Positions 1 through 8,924 of a stretch of DNA of 64,000 nt are shown here, piece by piece. Under the pieces are notes generated by a model, which was not told the origin of the DNA, made no database searches, and worked only from the letters and a program-made list of their open reading frames with translations. The position numbers were made by a program, and so were the translations under genes. The stretch comes from a virus. The stretch's first letter is position 1, and every line of letters begins with the position of its first letter. Where the stretch lies: positions 1 through 64,000 of the IMG/VR virus record IMGVR_UViG_3300026488_000011; one strand, given 5' to 3'.

Positions 1-21
1 AAAAAAAAAAGATCAGGAGAC

Positions 22-1182
22 TCAATCCTCCTGATAAAAGATTATATAGTCTAAATTATCGGGATCTCCATCTAATCCCATATCTTTCCACATCCTTAGT
101 AATGTTTCCTTATCAATGTCGTCTACAGCAATCTTAATCTCTTCTCCATACTTACCTTCATCTTCATCACAGAGAGAATACTTAGAGTATGGGATGTTTT
201 TATCTCTAAGATAATCAAGAATGCCGTCCCAAGACATATAGGTATGATTGTAATCTACCCATTCTACTAGTTTACCTATTTTTCTCTTAGTCTCGACGTC
301 GTTACTTTCTGAATCGGACTTATGTTTAATGTCTGTTTCCATTACAGGTCTAATACTTAAAACTACATTACCTAATATAATGCCATCTTTATCTACGATT
401 AGATAATATAAGAATACATCATCATTCTCTACCAGTTTTAAATCGAAACTTTCCATATGTCTGTTTGTTAACACTGACAAACTTCTTCTTATATCATACA
501 TGATATAACTGTTGTTTTCTTTCATATTTTTAAACCTGGCTACAATAGCGTCTCTATCTGAGGAAACATATTCCATAATACTTTTTCTGTATGTTTCTAT
601 GCTATCGTCTTGTTTAATATGTAGAACTATTTCTTTAAACAAAGCATATAGTGGCGGTTCAACAGCTTTCACGTCATCTAACCCATTTACAGTTTCCTCA
701 ATGACAGGACTCTCTATATCAAACAACTTTTTGTATTTTCTCCTTTCTCTAAATGATTCTTCCAACATTGCAGCTGGTATATCATACTTTCTGTTATTAA
801 CTTTACCAACCGTATCGAAAGACAAAATATTTATTGTTCCAGCACATTTACCGCACATACCTCTAACACCACAAGCACCGAACATATTGTTTATAGTCTT
901 ATTTCGTAAATCCAACATCTTTTTTCCTTTTGATATTTTTCTACTAAGGGACATTGCTTTATCATCGTCATATCTTACTCTAAATCTTATCCTATCCATT
1001 ATACCACCTTCTTTCCATCTAATGCTCCTACCGCTATTACTTGTTGTTACTGTCTTCGTTTCTATTATTAGCTCACCTTTCCTTACTTCATCTGGTAATT
1101 CGCTTAGATGTCTTATTAAATCGTCGATTGTTTTAGCTGTTTTGAATATACTGTTTATATTTCTAATTTTCTTCATTTTCAT
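22..1182 (-). CDS. Hypothetical protein with a Cys cluster (CGVRGMCGKC)
   Basis: 386-aa ORF overlapping the upstream gene, with a terminator hairpin over its stop; no family recognised. Confidence 0.75.
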   Translation of the reverse strand: MKMKKIRNINSIFKTAKTIDDLIRHLSELPDEVRKGELIIETKTVTTSNSGRSIRWKEGGIMDRIRFRVRYDDDKAMSLSRKISKGKKMLDLRNKTINNMFGACGVRGMCGKCAGTINILSFDTVGKVNNRKYDIPAAMLEESFRERRKYKKLFDIESPVIEETVNGLDDVKAVEPPLYALFKEIVLHIKQDDSIETYRKSIMEYVSSDRDAIVARFKNMKENNSYIMYDIRRSLSVLTNRHMESFDLKLVENDDVFLYYLIVDKDGIILGNVVLSIRPVMETDIKHKSDSESNDVETKRKIGKLVEWVDYNHTYMSWDGILDYLRDKNIPYSKYSLCDEDEGKYGEEIKIAVDDIDKETLLRMWKDMGLDGDPDNLDYIIFYQED

Positions 1183-1846
1183 CCTCCTCAGTATCAGTAA
1201 TATTGTTTATTTCTATGTCCCCTAAATCAGAATCCAGGACTGCGACATTTCCATCGTTAGCCACCACTTGATCTTCTGTCACAGTTATCAAGCATTTGTT
1301 CTCATAAGTGTTACCTCTTCCTGTACGTCTATGGTAATCCAACGTTATACTATGCGTTTTTCCTACTTTTACGAAAAACACGTAGTACCTCCTCCAATTT
1401 CTTACCTGATACGTGTGAAGCCAAACATCAGGAATCGGTGGTATCTGATCAAACAGACCAAATTCATCTATGTACGGAATGTCGATATTATTAACATTGA
1501 CAAGTGTCCATTTTCTACTGGTCGCTCCTGTAATCCTAAATTCACCATGAACGATTATAAGTTTATGAGTTGGTTCATCTTTAGTGAGCGGTTTAGCCTT
1601 CCATAGACCATTACGCGACCTGAGTGGATTTCTTTCATAATTTTTAGGTATCTTAATTTTGAAACCTTTTATATCCTCTAATTCATACGGATATAAAGCC
1701 TCGTTCAGGATACCAAAATCATTTTTCGACATCACCGGTGTATGGTGGATGGTTAGATCTTCTCTATAGGGAATGGTTAGTTCTTCAACTGTTCTTGAAT
1801 CCAAATTTACCTCAACAATCTCTTTACTGATTTTAAACTTTAACAT
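1163..1846 (-). CDS. Hypothetical early protein
   Basis: 227-aa ORF with AAAAGGAG SD and an upstream early-promoter motif. Confidence 0.8.
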   Translation of the reverse strand: MLKFKISKEIVEVNLDSRTVEELTIPYREDLTIHHTPVMSKNDFGILNEALYPYELEDIKGFKIKIPKNYERNPLRSRNGLWKAKPLTKDEPTHKLIIVHGEFRITGATSRKWTLVNVNNIDIPYIDEFGLFDQIPPIPDVWLHTYQVRNWRRYYVFFVKVGKTHSITLDYHRRTGRGNTYENKCLITVTEDQVVANDGNVAVLDSDLGDIEINNITDTEEDENEEN

Positions 1847-1886
1847 CTCATGCTCCTTTTTTTGTTAATTGGTTTCTTAAGTCTGT

Positions 1887-1897
1887 TTAATAATATG
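1887..1897 (-). promoter_or_regulatory. Putative early (virion RNAP) promoter CATATTATTAA
   Basis: Matches the recurrent YATATYAYTWA motif found before A-rich leaders and SD sites; resembles the phiKZ early TATTAC motif. Confidence 0.6.
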
Positions 1898-1980
1898 TAG
1901 CTTAAAGTGTTTGAAAGTAAAAAAATAACTCAACAGACGGGGAAAGACCGGTTGTATCATTTACCGTCTATAAACAACGA

Positions 1981-2454
1981 TTAGAGTTCGTCACTGTTAT
2001 CGTCAGCGATGAACTCTAGAAGTGAGTCCCCGGGAACCTCTTTTTTGTATTTCCCGGCCCATCCCCATTTCTTAAAGAACCCGTACCTTAGTTCTCCTCT
2101 CATGTAGCTTTTAGCTACAGAGAAGAACTTCCCAAGATTTTCTTGATCGAAAGGCTGTTTCCTTTCGATCAAGTACAGGAAAGTATCATGAGCAAGGTCC
2201 GCCACCATAGTGGCGTCGTAGACCTTGCTCATCTCCTTTACCACGTTAGAGGCTATTTTGTACAGCCTCCCTATGATTATTTCACAGGTCTCCGGGTCCT
2301 TATGCCAGTCTGATGAAATTGACTGGCTATGAGGTATATGATAGTCTATAATAACGTAACCTCTTTTAAGGCCACGATAATATGTGGCCTTGTGAATCTT
2401 TCCCTCTTTATATAGTTTTAACATCTCATTTCTGTCCTCTATTCTTGTTGCCAT
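1981..2454 (-). CDS. Sigma-70 region-2-like protein with a possible N-terminal HTH and no region 4
   Basis: LYKIA...ADLAHDTFLYLIE...FD...KFFSVAKSYMRGEL resembles sigma region 2; KATYYR is HTH-like; SD and promoter present. Confidence 0.5.
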   Translation of the reverse strand: MATRIEDRNEMLKLYKEGKIHKATYYRGLKRGYVIIDYHIPHSQSISSDWHKDPETCEIIIGRLYKIASNVVKEMSKVYDATMVADLAHDTFLYLIERKQPFDQENLGKFFSVAKSYMRGELRYGFFKKWGWAGKYKKEVPGDSLLEFIADDNSDEL

Positions 2455-2487
2455 TTTTTACTCCTTTTTTGGTTTTGCTTTGTCTAG

Positions 2488-2498
2488 TTAATGATATA
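2488..2498 (-). promoter_or_regulatory. Putative early promoter TATATCATTAA
   Basis: Recurrent motif; lies within a 50-nt cassette duplicated at 62663-62712. Confidence 0.65.
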
Positions 2499-2554
2499 TA
2501 AATGAAATAAAATGCATGCTAGAAAAGAAAAGATGATGTTTCTAAACAGAAACA

Positions 2555-2731
2555 TCATCTCTTTAATCCAACTATCTGTCCTAACCAGTTATTTATATGT
2601 AAATATGTAGGTCCTAGGCAGTGTTTAAATAATAACATGTCCCTTACTTGCCCAGGCAGCAAATTAATGTGTGGATAATATAATTTACCTTCCTTATCTA
2701 ATATTAGACCTTTTTCCAGTACCCTTAACAC
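2555..2731 (-). CDS. Small hypothetical protein (58 aa, GTG start; not in ORF track)
   Basis: GGAGGG SD, then GTG TTA AGG... (MLRVLEKGLILDKEGKLYYPH...GLKR*); fills the gap; stop lies in a hairpin. Confidence 0.65.
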   Translation of the reverse strand: MLRVLEKGLILDKEGKLYYPHINLLPGQVRDMLLFKHCLGPTYLHINNWLGQIVGLKR

Positions 2732-2740
2732 AATCCCTCC

Positions 2741-3232
2741 TTACTCACAAATCATATGTTTGACATTACCGTTTATATAGTCATTCCTATCTTTGTTCGT
2801 GGACCATACGGGTATGTTACCTAGTATGCATGCTATAAACTTCCTAAACAGTTTGATAACAATTCTTTCTAACTGTTCTTCGGAGAAATCATTTATATTG
2901 TCAGTTAGACATTCTTCTCCCCTATAACAATCTCCTTTCTTTCTAGAATATAATACCCAACTACCCCTGTAGAGGGTATCCTCGTTTGTTAATACGATTT
3001 CATTTTCATTGTTTATCTCATGTTTTAATTTAGACATGATGTTAGTACTGTATAATAAGTAATTTACATTCACTTCTTTAGAATAATTTCTTTTTAATAA
3101 ATGCTGTACTGTTTCCTTTGGTCCGTTTAACTTTTTCCAGCTAAGCGATGTTTTTATACGTATATCGACTTCATAATACGTATGTTCTAGACATTCAGTT
3201 TTTCTTTTGTTTAATTTTACTTTAACCCTCAT
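2741..3232 (-). CDS. Hypothetical protein
   Basis: 163-aa ORF, translationally coupled in the operon. Confidence 0.75.
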   Translation of the reverse strand: MRVKVKLNKRKTECLEHTYYEVDIRIKTSLSWKKLNGPKETVQHLLKRNYSKEVNVNYLLYSTNIMSKLKHEINNENEIVLTNEDTLYRGSWVLYSRKKGDCYRGEECLTDNINDFSEEQLERIVIKLFRKFIACILGNIPVWSTNKDRNDYINGNVKHMICE

Positions 3233-3956
3233 TGCTTAATCCTTTCATTACCTTTACACCTAAACCAGTCCATAATAGTTCGCTAATATATTCATTTACA
3301 GCATGCTCTACTGCTCCTTTAGTTAAAATATTAGGACTATGCTTAGCTTTTGACAAAAGAATTTCAGCAAAACCAGATAGACTGGCATTACAAGCGACAA
3401 CTTCATCAGCCATGATCGGATATGCTAGTTCTATCGTTGCATTATTGATATTACCATTTACCAGTTCTACGGAAACAGATATACCGTTTAGATAACTTAA
3501 GTTTACCCACCCATTCATTTCTTCTAATAGTTTATCTCTTTTTTCTACAGAGATAACAAAACCATGACCAAATTTAGTATTAAATAGAACATCAGAAGCA
3601 AACGGTTTCATATTCTTTAGTTCTTCATAATCGAATAATTTATCAACCACTTTAAAATTGTGATACCAACTATATCCTAGTATTTGGTTTAAGTAATTTT
3701 CTTCACAACTAGCTAAATAACGTAAGATATGATAACAACAACCTCCAGTAATATATTCTACTTCAAATCCACTAACATCTCTTTCTCCTAAAATTATATC
3801 TTTTAGCACTACATCACATTGTCTACAATCTATACATTCACTACTACAATATTCCCTAGACATCTCAATAGCATCTCTTTTATAGCCCATTCTTAACAAT
3901 GCCTCTAATTGGTATAGAAATTCAGTAGCAATTCCTAGTTTTTTAATTATATTCAT
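3222..3956 (-). CDS. Hypothetical protein with Cys motifs (CSSECIDCRQC)
   Basis: 244-aa ORF with SD, overlapping its neighbours. Confidence 0.75.
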   Translation of the reverse strand: MNIIKKLGIATEFLYQLEALLRMGYKRDAIEMSREYCSSECIDCRQCDVVLKDIILGERDVSGFEVEYITGGCCYHILRYLASCEENYLNQILGYSWYHNFKVVDKLFDYEELKNMKPFASDVLFNTKFGHGFVISVEKRDKLLEEMNGWVNLSYLNGISVSVELVNGNINNATIELAYPIMADEVVACNASLSGFAEILLSKAKHSPNILTKGAVEHAVNEYISELLWTGLGVKVMKGLSNEG

Positions 3957-4170
3957 TTTTTACTCCTTGTTCGTTATATTTTTCCCAGGGAAAGACACCT
4001 AAACCTCTGCGTGTGCCTATATAGATACCCAGACTAGGTTTCATACATCTACTAGTTTTACTAACCTCTTCGGACCATTTCTTAAATTTTTCCCTATCCA
4101 AAATTTCTATTATCTTATAAACATGCTTGTCTATATATTCTACTACCATAAAACAATTTTTTCTCTTCAT
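3943..4170 (-). CDS. Small hypothetical protein (start MKRKNCF)
   Basis: GAAGGAG SD before ATG at 4170; the longer track ORF overlaps the upstream gene and terminator. Confidence 0.65.
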   Translation of the reverse strand: MKRKNCFMVVEYIDKHVYKIIEILDREKFKKWSEEVSKTSRCMKPSLGIYIGTRRGLGVFPWEKYNEQGVKNEYN

Positions 4171-4264
4171 AATTTCTCCTTCGTGATACTTACTATCTAA
4201 ATGATGTAGAGATAAAAATAAATAAATACTAGAGCCAAGATAGGCTCTAGTATTTATAGTTAGA

Positions 4265-5086
4265 TTAAGCTTGATTGTCAGCGTCTGTCCAGAAATATTC
4301 AACAATAGCATTGTTATCAGATGGTAATTGTACATCTGATTCAATTACATACACTTTACCAGTGTCGTCTTCACTGTCTTTAGTTATAGTAAAGATACCA
4401 GTGATTACTCTGTTACCATTTGCATCACTAAAGTAAACTTTAGCTTGTCTACCAATAATATCTCCGTGAGGTACATAACTTAATGTTACTTTGTTACCTT
4501 CATTTATAGTTAAAGCATCATCAATTTTATATTTAGGAATTTGTTTTAGAACATCAGAAATAGATGCTTCAGTATCACCTTGAAGTTCATCTAGTCTAGC
4601 ATTAATTTCTTTTATTCTTTGTTCAATTTTTTCTAATGTATTATAATCTTCACCAGCGTTTCCTACTATAGCATCGATCTTAGCGTTTAAGTTATTAATA
4701 AGGTCTTGGAATTCGCTAGCTTCGTTATTAATATAATCTACGATTTCTTTTAGCGTATCGTATGCTTCACCCGCACCGTTAATTAATGCATCTAATGCTT
4801 GTTTAATTTTATAGTCTACAGAGCCTTCTACCGTACTGTCGCCGTTTAAAGTGTTAATAGCTTCTTGTAGGCTAGCAATTTCATTATCTTTAAGAGATTG
4901 AATTTGAGAATCGATATAGTTTCTTAAATCACTAACATCTTGAGTATGTTGATCTCTTAGTTCAGTAATACTGTTATTAATATCATTAATGGCAGCATTA
5001 AAAGCTGTAAGGTCTACTTTAGTATTATATAAGTCAAGTATTTGACTGTCTTGTGTTAGGTCTTTCTGAAATAGAATTTGAGCCAT
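4265..5086 (-). CDS. Coiled-coil virion or tail-fibre-like protein
   Basis: Heptad repeats and two GAGE(A/D)Y(D/N)TL(K/E)(E/K)I repeats like the 'APEALDTLKEL' segments of phage fibres; C-terminal beta domain. Confidence 0.55.
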   Translation of the reverse strand: MAQILFQKDLTQDSQILDLYNTKVDLTAFNAAINDINNSITELRDQHTQDVSDLRNYIDSQIQSLKDNEIASLQEAINTLNGDSTVEGSVDYKIKQALDALINGAGEAYDTLKEIVDYINNEASEFQDLINNLNAKIDAIVGNAGEDYNTLEKIEQRIKEINARLDELQGDTEASISDVLKQIPKYKIDDALTINEGNKVTLSYVPHGDIIGRQAKVYFSDANGNRVITGIFTITKDSEDDTGKVYVIESDVQLPSDNNAIVEYFWTDADNQA

Positions 5087-5170
5087 AAGGCCTCCTTAAC
5101 ATATAATTTATGAAGTGTTTCTAAAGAGAGAAACACATTCAAGATATAATTAAAAATGTGTGGTTAAAAG

Positions 5171-5635
5171 CTATGTGTTTTTATCAGTAAGAGTAAAGTA
5201 GGACACGCTAGCTATGCCTGACTTATCTGTATCTATCTTGACTGTCAGATTGCTTAAATCTACTTCCGGATCATCAAAGAACTCATACGCGTTGGTTAGG
5301 TTCTTATCTTCGTCAAATAGTCTAACTACTACTAGGTTATTAATAAAATAGCTATCCTCCATAGCAATAGGAGGTTTAGAAAGTTTAAATACGCCGTTAG
5401 TCACTAAACACTTTTCTGTAACAGGTTTGAAGTTAAACTCTGGTGACACTTTAATACCTTCGAAATATAATGCTTTTAATAGATCTACTACCTTATTGCA
5501 ATTATATTTAGAATTAAAGTATTCCACTAAGCCCTCTATAGTGTGTATATTTCTTTCTTTCATTACGTTTGATATCTCTATAATATCCTGTGCTGTAAAT
5601 AAGATACCGTCTTTACATATGTTAGGTAATGCCAT
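5171..5635 (-). CDS. Hypothetical protein, C-terminal domain weakly like that of 4265..5086
   Basis: 154-aa ORF with SD. Confidence 0.7.
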   Translation of the reverse strand: MALPNICKDGILFTAQDIIEISNVMKERNIHTIEGLVEYFNSKYNCNKVVDLLKALYFEGIKVSPEFNFKPVTEKCLVTNGVFKLSKPPIAMEDSYFINNLVVVRLFDEDKNLTNAYEFFDDPEVDLSNLTVKIDTDKSGIASVSYFTLTDKNT

Positions 5636-5835
5636 TACTAATCCTTATTGATGATTTTCTATCATTAGATCCTTACACGTTACAGTAAGTATAATTTCCG
5701 TATAATGTTTTGCTGTTTAGAGTCTAATTCACAAAACTTTATTAGTAATAAATAATATTGAGTTCGTAAGAATAGTGTTAAGTGCATATCTATATCCTCT
5801 CTTCGATTCTACACGAGTATGTGATAGATGATGTA

Positions 5836-6100
5836 GAGGTGCGATCACTACACTAGATAGGAATTGGCAGGGTCCTATCGACCTCGTCACTATTGCCTAT
5901 CCACTAGATGGTCTCCTATACTCTGCCTCTCTGAGGTGGGGTATAGGAGATCGGGTAGGTAACTCAGACCGTTAGCTAGCGGAAATCGGGGGGAGTAGAG
6001 GGGGGAGGATGACCTGCTGGTGGAGGGTGGGGCGGCGAGGAGCGTAGCGGCTCTAAAAATAAAAACCTTTTTCCTATTAGCTAACTGAACGAAGTGAGGT
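5836..6100 (+). ncRNA. GC-rich structured non-coding element, copy 1 (candidate ncRNA or origin)
   Basis: 21-bp hairpin 5909-5953 with G-U pairs, G-tracts 5988-6035, and motifs GTGCGATCACT and TGAACGAAGTGAG shared with copy 2. Confidence 0.6.
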
Positions 6101-6153
6101 TACTCCGGAAATATAAAAAAGAAAAATAGAGAATAAAGAATGAGGTAGAGAAT

Positions 6154-6723
6154 CTAGAGAGAATATTCTCTAGTAAGAATATCTCTAATCTGTTTATAAC
6201 CAGAGATGAGAGATGAGGTAGTGACTAAGAGAGGATAAAAGTATTTATCATTTGTCTTAGTTAACAGTTCTAAAAGAGTATCTGGATAGGTAGGTTTAAA
6301 TGTATCTAAGGAATGTTTTAGTTCCTCTATAGTTTTGTTTATAGTAGTTTGTAGGTTATTAGTTAGTTCAGTATCTTTGAGCTTATTGATATCTGTGTTT
6401 AGATCTATTACCAGTTTATGATTCGATAAAGATATGATAAAGGATGGAGTAGGATTGATGAGACCTAGGGAAAAGAACTTATCTCTTAATCTATCCTTAA
6501 TAGTATTTCTGTAATCTATAAAGTTAGAATCTAGATCTGTATAATACGAGTCAGAGATGATAGCTTCGAGTCTGTAGTTTAACGTAATAGTGTCATGATC
6601 TGATGATGAGAGAGTTATAATGGCTCTAGCTGTGGATATAGGTATTAGATCATTCGTATTGTACTGGTGTAAGAATGTTAGTTCTTTTTCTAGATCGGAA
6701 ATTGACATTTGGAATAGTTTCAT
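6154..6723 (-). CDS. Hypothetical early protein (L/S/T/D-rich)
   Basis: 189-aa ORF with SD and early promoter; strand composition is atypical. Confidence 0.7.
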   Translation of the reverse strand: MKLFQMSISDLEKELTFLHQYNTNDLIPISTARAIITLSSSDHDTITLNYRLEAIISDSYYTDLDSNFIDYRNTIKDRLRDKFFSLGLINPTPSFIISLSNHKLVIDLNTDINKLKDTELTNNLQTTINKTIEELKHSLDTFKPTYPDTLLELLTKTNDKYFYPLLVTTSSLISGYKQIRDILTREYSL

Positions 6724-6762
6724 GTTTTGCTCCTTTTGTTAGTTTAGTTTTATTACGTTTGG

Positions 6763-6773
6763 TTAGTGATATA
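6763..6773 (-). promoter_or_regulatory. Putative early promoter TATATCACTAA
   Basis: Recurrent motif directly after the helicase terminator. Confidence 0.65.
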
Positions 6774-6792
6774 TGAATAAAAATGATGAGAG

Positions 6793-6822
6793 AGACATTC
6801 TGACTATATAGTCAGAATGTCT
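6793..6822 (-). terminator. Intrinsic terminator hairpin after the helicase
   Basis: AGACATTCTGAC-TATATA-GTCAGAATGTCT, 12-bp stem. Confidence 0.75.
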
Positions 6823-6831
6823 TAAATTCTT

Positions 6832-8343
6832 TTATATAGGTTTTTTATAGTTTAAGACTCTAAAGTTTTTACCTTGGTCTTGGAAGTACTTTAGACGATT
6901 TTTATCGTACTTTCTATGTTGTTTTATATCAGGAGTCCATACATAGACAAAGAGTACATCTTTGTCTTTTAAATCCCTTAATCTACCTATGGTTTGCTTA
7001 TTAGCATTAGGAGAGTCTATAGCTACGGTTTGGATTACAGTAGTGAGATTAGGAATGTCTACTGCAGTACCTGAGCTGAGTATAGTGGACACTATAATGT
7101 CTGAATCCATTAGTACGTTGTAATCTTCTTCGGCGTTGTATTTTTCTATCTTTAGAGTCTTATCATCGATGGTGTTTCTTAGATGATCTCTGATAGTTTT
7201 ACACATGTTTACCGTACCTGCAAATATCAGACACTTATCTCCGGGAGATCTCCTTTTGAGATAGAATTCTTTAGTAAGGAGTTCTATCATTTTTAGATAG
7301 TTTTCTAACATATCAGAGTTTCTAAATAGGGAGTTTTCATACTCAGCCTGGCTATATCCAAATCCTTTATCATATCTCACTCTCTTTGGATTAGAGAGAT
7401 AATATTTTACAGATAGTACATTTATATACCTGTTTACGTTTTCTTCTCTGAGACGCTTCTCAGAGGGGAATATGAGTTCATACATTCTTCTAGTCCTACC
7501 GTCCCTGGCTTCTAGGGTAGCAGTGAGGCCTATAAACTTTCCTACGTTTATAAAGAGCATAGATCTTACTACGTTGTGAAACTCTTGATGAGATTCATCG
7601 TTTATCAATAATCCAAAATCCAGTGTCTCTGCCAAAAGATGAGGACCTACCGGATATGTAAAAGTTTCGTCTATGTTTAACCATTCCTTTATATAGTTAT
7701 TCATAGTGGAGAGTGAGAAGATATAACATTTTATACTATCTCTCTCTTCATCACTGTACGAGAGTAGTTTTCTAAGACTATCTCCTCCTTGGACTACATA
7801 AATTTCTTCTTTCTTAACATCGGTAAGAGTGGTGATGTCAGAAATCCACTTGTCTATATAAGTAGGCAATATCAAAATAGCAAATCTCTTTTTTAATCTA
7901 GTTGCTATTTCAGCAGCTATCACAGTCTTACCCCTACCTGGTTTTAAGTTAATTAGATTAATAGGATCATCACTGTTTATTACCTTTTCAATAATTTCTT
8001 TTTGATAATCCCTTAGCTCAAATTCATAGATTGTATTTATATCTATGTCCTTACCTTCGACAGGAGGTACTTCTTCAATGACTGGTTCTTCGCCTAGTCT
8101 GGTCCTTATTTCATAAAGGACTTCCCCGAATGCATTAATAGGATACCTCAAGACCTGATTTCTCCAATCTATTACGAAAAACTCTTTATCCTTTTCGATT
8201 TTTCTTTTCTTTGTTCTTCTGTCAAATTTACCATATTTGAAAGTAACTAAATCGTTATGTAGGAAAATCATTTTACTCAGCAGCTTATCAAACATTTCAC
8301 TAGCAACTGTTATAAATAGCTTATATTTTTTTACATTAATCAT
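6832..8343 (-). CDS. SF2 DExD/H helicase (phiKZ gp75-like)
   Basis: LRDYQ Q-motif, PGRGKT Walker A, DESH, TAT, SGTAVDIPNL, QTIGRLR; lies after nvRNAP beta'. Start moved to the SD-supported ATG at 8343. Confidence 0.9.
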   Translation of the reverse strand: MINVKKYKLFITVASEMFDKLLSKMIFLHNDLVTFKYGKFDRRTKKRKIEKDKEFFVIDWRNQVLRYPINAFGEVLYEIRTRLGEEPVIEEVPPVEGKDIDINTIYEFELRDYQKEIIEKVINSDDPINLINLKPGRGKTVIAAEIATRLKKRFAILILPTYIDKWISDITTLTDVKKEEIYVVQGGDSLRKLLSYSDEERDSIKCYIFSLSTMNNYIKEWLNIDETFTYPVGPHLLAETLDFGLLINDESHQEFHNVVRSMLFINVGKFIGLTATLEARDGRTRRMYELIFPSEKRLREENVNRYINVLSVKYYLSNPKRVRYDKGFGYSQAEYENSLFRNSDMLENYLKMIELLTKEFYLKRRSPGDKCLIFAGTVNMCKTIRDHLRNTIDDKTLKIEKYNAEEDYNVLMDSDIIVSTILSSGTAVDIPNLTTVIQTVAIDSPNANKQTIGRLRDLKDKDVLFVYVWTPDIKQHRKYDKNRLKYFQDQGKNFRVLNYKKPI

Positions 8344-8379
8344 TTTTATCTCCTTTTTTTGTAGAGTCATTACGTCATA

Positions 8380-8390
8380 TTAGTAATATA
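8380..8390 (-). promoter_or_regulatory. Putative early promoter TATATTACTAA
   Basis: Recurrent motif containing TATTAC. Confidence 0.65.
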
Positions 8391-8432
8391 GGGATAAAAA
8401 TGACTGGGTATGAGGAGATCTCTCCTCATACC

Positions 8433-8924
8433 TTATCCTAACATTATTTGTCTAATGTTTCGTTGTTCCAGGCTACGTATTAAAGCATTTCTGCTTACAC
8501 CGAATAACCTACATAAGTTTCTGACATATGACTTCATGTTGTTGTTAAGCTCTCTTCTTTTGTCGTTTTCTGACAAGAGAGGATTGTTTTCTAACATTTG
8601 CAGTTTTCTCATATATCTACTGGTTAAACTTAATAGTATGGATAACTGGTTCTTTCTATCCATTACGTAATAGATATACATACCGTCTAGGATCAGTATG
8701 GTCCCTGAGATCGCATATGTAAGATACATACCGAGCTCTTTATCCAGGTAGTTCATCACGACTGGTAAGATCATCAACATTAATGCTAGTAACCCTACAC
8801 CTAACCAAAATTTAGTTTTGTATGTTTGTAAAGCTCTATCGGCTTCGTTCATGACGTAGTTTAAATAACCAATTACGTCATCGATGCCTTTATTCTTTAG
8901 GAACTCCTCTAATCTAGTTTTCAT
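8433..8924 (-). CDS. Membrane protein with two TM helices
   Basis: Two hydrophobic stretches; coupled to the upstream ORF. Confidence 0.75.
   Translation of the reverse strand: MKTRLEEFLKNKGIDDVIGYLNYVMNEADRALQTYKTKFWLGVGLLALMLMILPVVMNYLDKELGMYLTYAISGTILILDGMYIYYVMDRKNQLSILLSLTSRYMRKLQMLENNPLLSENDKRRELNNNMKSYVRNLCRLFGVSRNALIRSLEQRNIRQIMLG

Noticed and set aside
3222-3956. Radical SAM enzyme (CSSECIDC is Cx3Cx2C; ITGG downstream)
   Set aside because: No aromatic residue before the third Cys, spacing to the GG motif is short and the rest lacks barrel motifs; chance is likely, though HHpred could overturn this
5836-6100. GC-rich element as a transposon end, REP/MITE or host-derived island
   Set aside because: No terminal inverted repeats, target-site duplication or transposase nearby; the copies diverge with compensatory changes, unlike recent mobile copies
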